Below, piece after piece: positions 25,320-35,200 of a stretch of DNA of 64,000 nt. Below the pieces are notes generated by a model that searched no databases, was not told the origin of the DNA, and saw only the letters and a program-made list of their open reading frames with translations. Position 1 is the first letter of the stretch; each line of letters starts with the position of its first letter. The stretch covers positions 45,136,001 through 45,200,000 of the forward strand of contig CM097885.1 of the NCBI GenBank assembly GCA_044892525.1, given 5' to 3'. The stretch is from Schmidtea polychroa (lineage: Eukaryota). The translations under genes were made by a program, and so were the position numbers.

Positions 25320-26307
25320 TGTTGAGGTTTGAAAATAAATTATTAAATTATATAGTTCAGATTAAAAGGAAAGCCGAAATTGAATGGCGGTCAAGCAGAG
25401 AAGCAATGGCAAAGAAAGATATGATAAAAACAGAACTATAAAAGGGTACAATCAGACATGAAATGGGAAAATGCGCAAACCGGAGGAAGTGGAATAAAGT
25501 GAAAAGTTATCGAAATTGAAGCTGGAAAACGGGAGAGGGGTAGATTAAGGGATGGTGAAGAAGACAGTGAGCAAGAAATTGTTAGAAAATGTGTAGAAAG
25601 GGTCGTAAAACAGACAAATGTGGAAAAACGTAAAATATTAATTAATTAATTGGCTAATGGGAAACCCGAGCTAATGAGAAGCCCGAGCCAATGGAGAACC
25701 CGAGCGATGAAGAAAACCCGAGCACGGCAATTTGGAAGGGTAAACAAACGAGGAATTCAGAGGGCCATTATCCAAACAACCGGATAAACGAGGGTAAACA
25801 AAAGACGGAGAATTACGAAAAGGGTCAACAAAAATAGTCAATTAGGGAATGATAGCGGAAGAAGTCAAAACCAATTAGGTCAAAAACGGGGCAATTACAA
25901 CGATTATGGGAGTATATAAGGAAACTCAAAATTCACATAATCGGCGATAGCCTTAGGTAGGGATACGAAGAAACAGACGATAGGAGTTCGAGGAATAAAA
26001 TAAAAGAAAAAAGGAATTATAAGAGGAATTTAGGAGTCAGAAAGGAATATTAAAAGAGTTCGGATCAGAGAGCGGAATCAAACAAAAGGTGAAACCTATT
26101 TTTTTAAATCGTACAAGGCCGAGACCTTCCAGAGCGGAGTTCGATCTGAAATTGTGTGAGAATTGTGATTAACCAACAGTGTGATTAATTGTTGAGAGTT
26201 CTGAATTGTTATAAAACAAATATACGTTGGGAGTTTGTGTTTATTGATTTTGGAACACGTGGAGTCTGAGTAACCAACGGTTGATTTTGATATCATAAAA
26301 CCCAACA
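25320..26307 (+). repeat. 5' LTR (988 bp)
   Basis: TGTTGAGG...AAAACCCAACA; TATATAAG at 25913-25920 and AATAAA near 25993; direct repeat of 33712-34665. Confidence 0.95.
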
Positions 26308-26314
26308 TATATTT

Positions 26315-26332
26315 TGGTGAGCCCGACGTGAT
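26315..26332 (+). promoter_or_regulatory. Primer binding site, tRNA-Trp type
   Basis: TGGTGAGCCCGACGTGAT differs at one position from the canonical Trp PBS TGGTGACCCCGACGTGAT; 7 nt separate it from the LTR end. Confidence 0.85.
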
Positions 26333-26457
26333 TAAACGTTGGTGGGCGAATATTGAAGGGTGAAAGAGGTGAAGAAAATTAAAGTAATAAGAAAATTGAA
26401 AATAATTGGAAATTGGAAGAGGTAGTAATTATTGATTATTAATTTTAATATTTAGCC

Positions 26458-28845
26458 GTGAGTGAATACAATTTGAGAAACCGAAAAGTAAAGATGGCCA
26501 GAGAGAACGCTGAGATGATAGATTTTGCCAGTTGTCAAAAATTACCGATGAATCAGTATGGAGGAGACCCGGTTGATTTTGCCGATTTCATGGGCGATTA
26601 TTATATGTACGCTTCGGCCTATGGGTGGTCACAAGCCATAATGGTACAAAGATTCCCACTCTATTTAAAAGGAGCCACAAGAGAAGCTTGGCAGCAAGTG
26701 GATAAAAAGACAATTGGAAATGATTGGGCCAAACTCAAGGATGCGATGGCAATGAAATTGGTGGGAGGCGATAAAAAAAGAATAATGCGCCAAAACTTTT
26801 ATGCCAGAGTACAAAATCCAAATGAATCGGTAAGTGAATTTGCATACCGTTTAACGACTTTAGCAGACAAAGCCTTCGAAGCAAAGCCTGAACAAGTGGA
26901 GATGGTAAAACAAGTCAGAGAATTGCTAGAAGATCAATTTATAACTGGAGCCCATCCTGAAATTAAAAAACCACTATGCTACGTGGATTTTTCGAATTTC
27001 GATGAACTCGTGAAAAAAGCAATGAAAATTGAATTGAATTTAAAAAGTACCAGAAAATCTGAAGTATTTGCCGCAAATGCCGAGAAAAGAGAAAGGTCGA
27101 TAACTCCAGTAAAGAATCAATGGGAATCAAAAGAACCAATTCAACCAAACAGCTCTCCAAGATTAGGTAATAAATTGGAAGTTAATAAAGCAACTTTTAG
27201 CAATCAAATAAACGAGATAGCGAAGAATATTGTATGCGAGTTTTGCAAGAAGCCTGGACATTATTCAAATCAATGTTGGTTCAGAAATGGTAGAAATATG
27301 AGTCCCAAAGGAAGACTTACTGAAAATAAGCCAAACAATGGTGACATTGAATGTCATCGATGTGGAAAAATGGGCCACATTAGCAGAAATTGTTTTTCAA
27401 GGACTATATCACCTTCTAGATATCCCAAGAAATCAAGTAAATTTCAAGATGAATCAATCAATGCCAATGTAGTTTATGCTCAAAAAGACGACTTTCAAGA
27501 AAAGATAGAAAATGAAGTTCGAGAAATGAGGAAAAAATTAGACAAGTTGATGTCGAAAATTGAATTTGATGATGAAGCAGACTCTTATATGGCGTACGAA
27601 AATATTTCGGAAAACTTTGCTAATAAAGTAAAAAATGACTTGTTGAACGAAAAGGCTACGTTGTTATTAAATAAAATGGAAAGATGGCTCGAAAATATGG
27701 AAACAAACAATCCAAGATTGAAAGAATGGGTTACAGAGTTAAGTCAGATCCAACTTAGTCATAAGAAATTGAAAAGTGCATTGAACTTATGTTCTAAGCT
27801 TTACAGCATACTCCAAGATGAGGAAATTGCTAAATTAATGAGAACATTTGGAAAAGCATTAAGATCCAAAAACGATTTGGATAATATTATCGTGGAGACC
27901 ACAGACATCAATGGTATTAAAGCTCAATTTTCTATCAATCCTTATGGACAAATCAAAGATTTGACAATGCTTATTCTGGCTAAATACAATAAAGGCAGCG
28001 TGAAATTGACACAACGGCAAATGGGACAACTGAGGGATGAGGAATACTTGGTAGATTGTGGTTTAATCCCTGGATTAAAAAATGAGGTAAATATTTTGGA
28101 TACTTTTAATCATTCAAATTCAGATTTTAAAAAATGGAACGAAATTTTAGGGAATTTGCGAGACATGTTATATATTGGAGATGAGGACGAGATCAATAAA
28201 TGTCTTGAATTAGTGATGAGTTCAAAAATGAATGGAAAAGATAAGGAGAAGCTGTTCGAATGTATTATGCCGCATATTCATAAAGAAACGAAATATCAAA
28301 CCAGATTAAAGGAAACTCTACGGAAATTAAAATATGATTACAGAGAACCGGAGTGTAATTCGAAATCATTAATGATAGCTCTAAATATTGATGGAAAAGT
28401 TGAATACTTTCAAGAGCACTGGAGCGTTAAGGTGTCAAAATTACGACAAAAAGCTGCAGAAACAATGGAAAATAATGAGATTATTGTACTGACTTACAAA
28501 GGAATAGTGTTGGACGATGACGAAAATTTAGTTAATTGCGGGTTTAATCCAAATGACATAAATAATGTTTATGCAACGAAGCCAAAGGATGACATGTCTG
28601 AAAACGAGGTCATTGTAACTCACTGGCCTAGAATCGTAAAAGAGGAAGATGATGAGATTGGAGCAATTAAAACTGAATTATCTGAGGAGCTAAATGAAGC
28701 TGAGTTGAAAGGTTTTGAGTCAAAAAACAAAATTTTACATGAAGTGCGAAATGGAAATGTAACTGATGTCAATGAAACTGATGCAGCAAGTCAAGAAATT
28801 TATAATATGAATGGCAAGCCGATAAAAACGGAAGAATTAAAATGA
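26458..28845 (+). CDS. gag: Gag polyprotein with capsid-like region, two CCHC zinc knuckles and two ubiquitin-like domains
   Basis: Retrotransposon-gag motifs (FPLYLKGATREAW; FYARVQNPNESVSEFAYRL; EDQFITG). Knuckles CEFCKKPGHYSNQC (27235-27276) and CHRCGKMGHISRNC (27352-27393). Ubl-like segments at 27883-28098 and 28363-28575. First ATG at 26494. Confidence 0.92.
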   Translation: MSEYNLRNRKVKMARENAEMIDFASCQKLPMNQYGGDPVDFADFMGDYYMYASAYGWSQAIMVQRFPLYLKGATREAWQQVDKKTIGNDWAKLKDAMAMKLVGGDKKRIMRQNFYARVQNPNESVSEFAYRLTTLADKAFEAKPEQVEMVKQVRELLEDQFITGAHPEIKKPLCYVDFSNFDELVKKAMKIELNLKSTRKSEVFAANAEKRERSITPVKNQWESKEPIQPNSSPRLGNKLEVNKATFSNQINEIAKNIVCEFCKKPGHYSNQCWFRNGRNMSPKGRLTENKPNNGDIECHRCGKMGHISRNCFSRTISPSRYPKKSSKFQDESINANVVYAQKDDFQEKIENEVREMRKKLDKLMSKIEFDDEADSYMAYENISENFANKVKNDLLNEKATLLLNKMERWLENMETNNPRLKEWVTELSQIQLSHKKLKSALNLCSKLYSILQDEEIAKLMRTFGKALRSKNDLDNIIVETTDINGIKAQFSINPYGQIKDLTMLILAKYNKGSVKLTQRQMGQLRDEEYLVDCGLIPGLKNEVNILDTFNHSNSDFKKWNEILGNLRDMLYIGDEDEINKCLELVMSSKMNGKDKEKLFECIMPHIHKETKYQTRLKETLRKLKYDYREPECNSKSLMIALNIDGKVEYFQEHWSVKVSKLRQKAAETMENNEIIVLTYKGIVLDDDENLVNCGFNPNDINNVYATKPKDDMSENEVIVTHWPRIVKEEDDEIGAIKTELSEELNEAELKGFESKNKILHEVRNGNVTDVNETDAASQEIYNMNGKPIKTEELK

Positions 28846-28848
28846 GAA

Positions 28849-30444
28849 TTGAAGTTTATTGAAATTGGTAATACTGATAAATCAAATAACCGTAAGCGGA
28901 AAAAGTGTGAGTTAACAGAAAAAGACGATTTAAGCGATGTAAAAATAGATTTAAATGATTTTATTAAAACAAAAGTGATTTTAAAAAGGTTGGTAATGGA
29001 AATATATGCACTAAATGAAGAGAATGTATATGAAAATGAATTTATGCAACAACTTGCGAAACAGCTGAAAAGGAGATTTCCAATCATACTTCAATATAGC
29101 GTTAAAGGAAATGTATTTTGTGATGAAACAGTAATCAAGAAGTTAATTAACAAGGGTTTGAACAGAGACGTAGTATTGACGGTTCTAGCTTGTATGGTCT
29201 TGAAAATTGGCACACATGGTTGTTTGGACTCGGAAAAAATGGAAAAGTGGATCGAAAAAGCCACCAAAGTGGCAAATACATATGTGACAAACTGGATAAA
29301 ATATAATGGTGGATGGAAAAATTTGGTACTAAAACCGAGGAATTCAAAAAGGGTGTATGAGTTAAAAAAGGCAAAAATGATATATACATGGTTGACGATG
29401 TTTGTTTTTGTAATTTTAGGAATCATCAACAATACAACGTTATTGGTAGTACATGATTATTCTCAAATTAAAAAGAAAATTCCCAGAAATGTAAAAATTT
29501 ATAAAGAATATAAAATTGTGAGTACTGATCTGAAAGAAAAGCAGAGGAAAAATTTCAAAGGTTGGGTAAAGAAATATCAGGATATTTTTATAAAACAAAA
29601 TGAAGCAAAAAGGGACACGAAACTTCAATTTACCAAAAATAAAACTTTAAACAGTTATAGTAATAAAGTGTTAATTACAACAAAACAAATAGAGAGTAAT
29701 AACTTACGAGAGCCATTCACACCGAATTATGACAAAAATACTTACGTGGCACGAGAGCTAAAGGCAAATTTCAAGCCCCCGTGGAGGAATAAACAAAACG
29801 AGACATACACTCCTGAAAAATTCAACAATCAAATTAGAGTTAAAGTAAAAACAAATGAATTATATAACATTGAGAAAGTTATAGAAAATAAATGGTCATT
29901 GTTTAAAGTTGACAGCCAGTTAAACCATTGGAAAAACGAGTCAAATCGAGTAGTTTTTACAGTTCAAAATAAATCAGCGATAGCATATCAAAATTCGGAA
30001 ATCGACAAAAGAAGCATTATCTGTAGTGGACAAAAAATTATCGTTTTGTTGGATGCCGGTAAAAGCTATTTTTCATTTATTACTCCTAATTTAGAATATA
30101 ATTACCTGATAAAAATTAAATACCAACAACGGATATTCGAGCCATATCGATGGCAAACAACTTTATTGGAGACAAAAATGGTGCCAAAGCTGAAATCCGA
30201 CATAACCATTACACGTCCAACTTCTACAAGTCAATATCAATTTAACAATCGTCTAATAAATAAACGGACTCAAATTGAGATTGGTCAAACTTTAATCATC
30301 TGTGAATATTCGATATACCTCATACTGACAGCATTCCTCATACTATCGCTTAGGTTAAGAGTAATAACAATCATTTTGTGTGGAAATAGACAGCATACTA
30401 TAAATGACTTACGACTCGAATCTTTCAATGTGATCAAAATGTGA
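28849..30444 (+). CDS. ORF2, in frame with gag: Bcl-2-like domain, TM anchor and degenerate pol-like remnants
   Basis: BH2 motif TNWIKYNGGWKNLV (29287-29328) with a degenerate BH1-like INKGLNRDVVLTVLACMV and a hydrophobic segment IYTWLTMFVFVILGII. Later KKYQDIF resembles the pre-RT linker, and IIVLLDAG (DAG at 30052-30060) resembles a retropepsin active site. Confidence 0.8.
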   Translation: MKFIEIGNTDKSNNRKRKKCELTEKDDLSDVKIDLNDFIKTKVILKRLVMEIYALNEENVYENEFMQQLAKQLKRRFPIILQYSVKGNVFCDETVIKKLINKGLNRDVVLTVLACMVLKIGTHGCLDSEKMEKWIEKATKVANTYVTNWIKYNGGWKNLVLKPRNSKRVYELKKAKMIYTWLTMFVFVILGIINNTTLLVVHDYSQIKKKIPRNVKIYKEYKIVSTDLKEKQRKNFKGWVKKYQDIFIKQNEAKRDTKLQFTKNKTLNSYSNKVLITTKQIESNNLREPFTPNYDKNTYVARELKANFKPPWRNKQNETYTPEKFNNQIRVKVKTNELYNIEKVIENKWSLFKVDSQLNHWKNESNRVVFTVQNKSAIAYQNSEIDKRSIICSGQKIIVLLDAGKSYFSFITPNLEYNYLIKIKYQQRIFEPYRWQTTLLETKMVPKLKSDITITRPTSTSQYQFNNRLINKRTQIEIGQTLIICEYSIYLILTAFLILSLRLRVITIILCGNRQHTINDLRLESFNVIKM

Positions 30445-31615
30445 TAAAAACTATATTATAAAATTACATGCGTGTAAACAAATTTTAAAAATTAGCATGG
30501 TTATATGAATGTAGATTTGTTACTGTGTTTGGTCGAACTTCGCTATGGTATGCTTGGCCTTGCGCGATAAAGAGTGTTTAAGAAAACTTTAATTATATTT
30601 AACTTCAGGAAGCCCAAGAGGAAGAGTCAATCAAAGAGTGTCGAAACTCAATGAAAGAAATGAGAAGATAAATGAAACCAATGGAGAGGAAAATTGACGA
30701 CTTGGAACTAGAAGATACGATTTGTAAAAGAAAGCTGGAAAGGATGGAAATTCTCTTGTTCCAATTCGAAGCTGAAATCGTATTGTTGAAAATGCAGATG
30801 CAGGGACAGGAATGACCTACTAATAAGGAGGGAGAGATGAACGCGGTACATTAAAATAATTTAATAATTGCTATTAATAAATATTTACAATGAAAACCTC
30901 ACTTTCGTCCTCGAAGTACCAAAAATAATGAGAAAGACTAAACAAAAAAAAAATAAATAAATTAACTAATAAAATTTAATAATAATAGCATAAAGAAATG
31001 ATAGCAAATAAATAAAATAAAAATTTGTAACCTAAGACTTAAAATTGAATAATCAAAATGAGTTCATTAAAATTTGATAAAATGTGCATTTAAAATTGGA
31101 TAAAACCGACACAAAATCTGTCGCTGTACCATAGCAAACACGCTCTATAATTAATAATGCATAATTGATAGCTTCCAATCATTAAGATACACTCAACATT
31201 TAGATAGGAAGCTTGTTATATTGGAAAATCGAATTCCTATTACAAGGAAGATGAAAGAGAAATATTTAATAATGAAATGGAAAATTATTTTTTAATATTT
31301 TTTTTTGAATGGTTATTAGAATGTAATTTTTCACATAAATAATTTTAAAGGTTTAATAATTTTCTATTAACTGTCTTAAAATTGCTCATTTGAAATCCAA
31401 ACGATATTGGGCATGAATACATATTGCGGTAACGACACAAGCTACTCCAAGAAAAAGCATAATAATAAAATAATAAAATGTAAAATAATAATTTGTAGTT
31501 ACATTTAACAAAAAAAAAATTTTTTTCCATTACAGCAAGTCACAAACTTGATACAGAACTTCTGTTTCCATTCTTCAGCTGTTTTCCGCTGTAATCGACC
31601 ATAACTATCTTCAAG

Positions 31616-31947
31616 TCAACGAGCTCTTGAAACTTGTAGTTCAAGTTCTTTTTCATTGAAAATGGATATCAAATTTTTGGGTATGATTTCGTAAAACCCT
31701 TCGAGAAAACTATGAAGTTGTTGGTGAATAGCTCCAATCATTTTCTCTTGACAAACTAATTTAACAGATTCAGATTTATTTTCCTCTGTGAGAAGCACTA
31801 GAGAGTTTCTGTCGGTCCAAATTCTGATATTTGAATAGAAAACGTTTGATAGAGAGACATTGTCAAAACATCCTTTTCTATAGGAATTCCGAACCAGGGA
31901 AAAACTGATAGTATTCTTTTTCTAGATCAGTACATCAAATATATTTG
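31616..31947 (-). pseudogene. HUWE1: Captured HECT-domain exon fragment of a HUWE1-type E3 ubiquitin ligase, antisense to the LTR element
   Basis: Reads [15 protein letters not shown]..., (frameshift) [21 protein letters not shown]..., [52 protein letters not shown]. This is colinear with the HUWE1 HECT as recalled. An acceptor-like TTACAG lies at 31953-31948. Confidence 0.85.
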
Positions 31948-33601
31948 CTGTAATTTTTAATGAGTTATCAAAAAGTTCTATTATTTAACAATAATTCATT
32001 TTTCATGAAATTTCAAGCCTGAAAAGCATATCAAAATTATTAAAAATAATTTTTAAATAAAATTTATATAGAATATTATTAAATTAAATAAAAAAATGAT
32101 AAAATAAAATGGTCTTACAAAATAGGCAATAAAACTAAATTAAATCTAGTCAAGTAGTGTGTAAAAATCCAATACACACTACATAGTTCTTATTGTAGAA
32201 ATGCCGAGTGTGTGTTTGTAGAATGCACGAACCATCATCCGGAATTAGAGTGCGCTTGGAACGATCTGTAGAGAAATATTGTTGATTGCCTAACATGTTC
32301 AATAAAATTTTGTATCCTCTACTGTGACATTAATTCCAATTCTTTTATTTTTTCAAATATCAGTGATGACAATAAAGATCTTATTAAACGAAAATTCAAA
32401 AATAAAAATGCCATTATTTTTACTTTAGATATCGACTTAAATGTTGATGGTTCATACATTTTCCACTTCAATAATACCAATCAATTAATTCAAAAGCTTT
32501 TAGAATTTTTATCTCAACAACATCGAACTTTTTCATTACAGGCACTTATTGATAAATTGGAATTCCCATCGACAAATAATTTGGGTCGATTATTCTCTAT
32601 TAATTGGAAATGATTTTTGACAGCTATTTCTGATTAATTTATATAAAATCAAAATTTTTACATAATCATATTTTTGATATCTAATAATAATTCATTATTT
32701 TGTTATTAATTTTCTGATTTGCTATTAATTGATTGATGATTTGTTATTAATTGCTGATTTGTTATTAATTGATTTGCTGTTTCTTATCATAACTTAGGTT
32801 CTGAACAGTTAATTGTCTGAGAGATTAGTACTTTCTTGAATTGAATTGAATTTTTTGAGTTGGATTGGTTGTGATGTTATCAAGTGCATGGCTTCTACGA
32901 ACACACCCAACTGAAAATAAATAAATAAAATTCAATTAGCAAATCATCCTTACCGTAGTTGATTAAAATAACAAATAATGTCGAAGTTTTGTTGTGATGG
33001 AATAAATAAAATTCAATTAGCAAATTACAAACTAAATGATTACCAGACAAATCCGAATGAGATTTTGGGTAGTAGTACAGTTTATATATGATATTTCTCT
33101 GCCAGCAGTAATTACACAGCACTTCAGCACCAGCCGATCAGAATTGATAAGACACGCCTATATCGTAGATTGTTTGGTATATTTGTGTATTTGGGTTGAT
33201 GTGAGTTTGGAATCACTGTTTGTGCAACCACTACACAAATCAATGTTTATCATATTGGTTCCGGTGGACGGTTGGAGTGGGTCGTTTGAAAATTAGCTCC
33301 TATCTCGGAACAAACAAACTGTGATAAATTTTAACCTCCTTTAACTCGATTCAAATGTTGATCGATGGAATATTTTAAATTGAACTGCAATGATAAAACT
33401 GATATATGGGTAATCTAAATCATTAAACATTATGCATGTTAAATTAAAGACGAATTTTAATAAAATTAATAATAGTCTAATAAAGTCTAATAAAATTAAT
33501 AATAGTCTCAAAATTTTAAATATCTATCAATTTAAAAAAAAAATAATCTCAAAATTTTAATATTCTAAATATTTTATGACTCTCCAATCAAATGAAATTA
33601 A

Positions 33602-33635
<34 letters not shown>

Positions 33636-33698
33636 TATGTGAATTTTAACTGAAATTACATTCTCGAATAAGCATATTTCGAGGACGAAATTTTTTTT

Positions 33699-33711
33699 AA
33701 GGGGGGAGATA
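33699..33711 (+). promoter_or_regulatory. Polypurine tract
   Basis: AAGGGGGGAGATA immediately before the TG of the 3' LTR. Confidence 0.9.
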
Positions 33712-34665
33712 TGTTGAGGTTTGAAAATAAATTATTAAATTATATAGTTCAGATTAAAAGGAAAGCCGAAATTGAATGGCGGTCAAGCAGAGAAGCAATG
33801 GCAAAGAAAGATATGATAAAAACAGAACTATAAAAGGGTACAATCAGACATGAAATGGGAAAATGCGCAAACCGGAGGAAGTGGAATAAAGTGAAAAGTT
33901 ATCGAAATTGAAGCTGGAAAACGGGAGAGGGGTAGATTAAGGGATGGTGAAGAAGACAGTGAGCAAGAAATTGTTAGAAAATGTGTAGAAAGGGTCGTAA
34001 AACAGACAAATGTGGAAAAACGTAAAATATTAATTAATTAATTGGCTAATGGGAAACCCGAGCTAATGAGAAGCCCGAGCCAATGGAGAACCCGAGCGAT
34101 GAAGAAAACCCGAGCACGGCAATTTGGAAGGGTAAACAAACGAGGAATTCAGAGGGCCATTATCCAAACAACCGGATAAACGAGGGTAAACAAAAGACGG
34201 AGAATTACGAAGAGGGTCAACAAAAATAGTCAATTAGGGAATGATAGCGGAAGAAGTCAAAACCAATTAGGTCAAAAACGGGGCAATTACAACGATTATC
34301 GGCGATAGCCTTAGGTAGGGATACGAAGAAACAGACGATAGGAGTTCGAGGAATAAAATAAAAGAAAAAAGGAATTATAAGAGGAATTTAGGAGTCAGAA
34401 AGGAATATTAAAAGAGTTCGGATCAGAGAGCGGAATCAAACAAAAGGTGAAACCTATTTTTTTAAATCGTACAAGGCCGAGACCTTCCAGAGCGGAGTTC
34501 GATCTGAAATTGTGTGAGAATTGTGATTGACCAACAGTGTGATTAATTGTTGAGAGTTCTGAATTGTTATAAAACAAATATACGTTGGGAGTTTGTGTTT
34601 ATTGATTTTGGAACACGTGGAGTCTGAGTAACCAACGGTTGATTTTGATATCATAAAACCCAACA
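33712..34665 (+). repeat. 3' LTR (954 bp)
   Basis: Matches the 5' LTR except for a 34-bp deletion and two substitutions seen by eye (25820/34212, 26171/34529). Confidence 0.95.
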
Positions 34666-34849
34666 ATATTATTTTAATGTTAGACATCAGTAAAAAAATA
34701 TTTTTCACCATTATAAATTGATATAATTTATGTATTGACTAATATTAGTGAGTTCAATAAAAGTTGTGTAAATTGGTATGACTGATTTTCTAAATTTAAT
34801 TTTATTAGTTATCGGGAATTTCAGTAGTGTTCGACAAAGAATAATTTTG

Positions 34850-35200
34850 ATCCAAGGACAACATGAATTCTGAATGAAAGGCAGGTTGTAGTATTGACAA
34901 CAGAGAACATTTGGAGATTTATTCTCAATTATCTTTTACATTTTCAAAATGGTTGCCAATATCAGTAACCATGAGTATCGCTATGGGACGATAGTCAGAT
35001 GATTTGGGTTTTCATTTCAAGGTTAATTGAAACCATTTATCCGAAATATATAAATTTTCAATCCAGAACATCAACAATTAGTTTTCAGCCACATAACACA
35101 TTCCCATCTGGGGTAATCAATAAGTACCCAGAGATGTAGTGATAGAAAGAATTTAAGTCATTTGGGATTTTGAAGTCAAAGATTTAAACCACTGCAACGA
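34850..35200 (-). mobile_element. Decayed non-LTR retrotransposon (LINE) RT fragment
   Basis: Minus strand gives TPDG...KW...KPKSSDYRPIAIL..., the conserved LINE RT N-terminal motif, with stops. Confidence 0.5.

Larger units (their letters stand above)
25320..34665 (+). mobile_element. Complete non-autonomous Ty3/gypsy-type LTR retroelement (family A) carrying Ubl, Bcl-2-like and HECT-fragment cargo
   Basis: Two nearly identical TG...CA LTRs, 4-bp TSD ATAT (25316-25319, 34666-34669), PBS, PPT and a gag ORF. No RT (YxDD), RNase H or integrase motifs are visible in the 7.4-kb interior. Confidence 0.95.

Noticed and set aside
26096-26308. Minus-strand ORFs inside the LTRs (also 34454-34711)
   Set aside because: No coding signature; duplicated only because the LTRs are duplicated.
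31545-31585. CUGAAGA...GAAACAGAAGUUCUGUA on the minus strand, next to the HECT fragment
   Set aside because: There is no room for stem II and stem I does not pair; likely chance.
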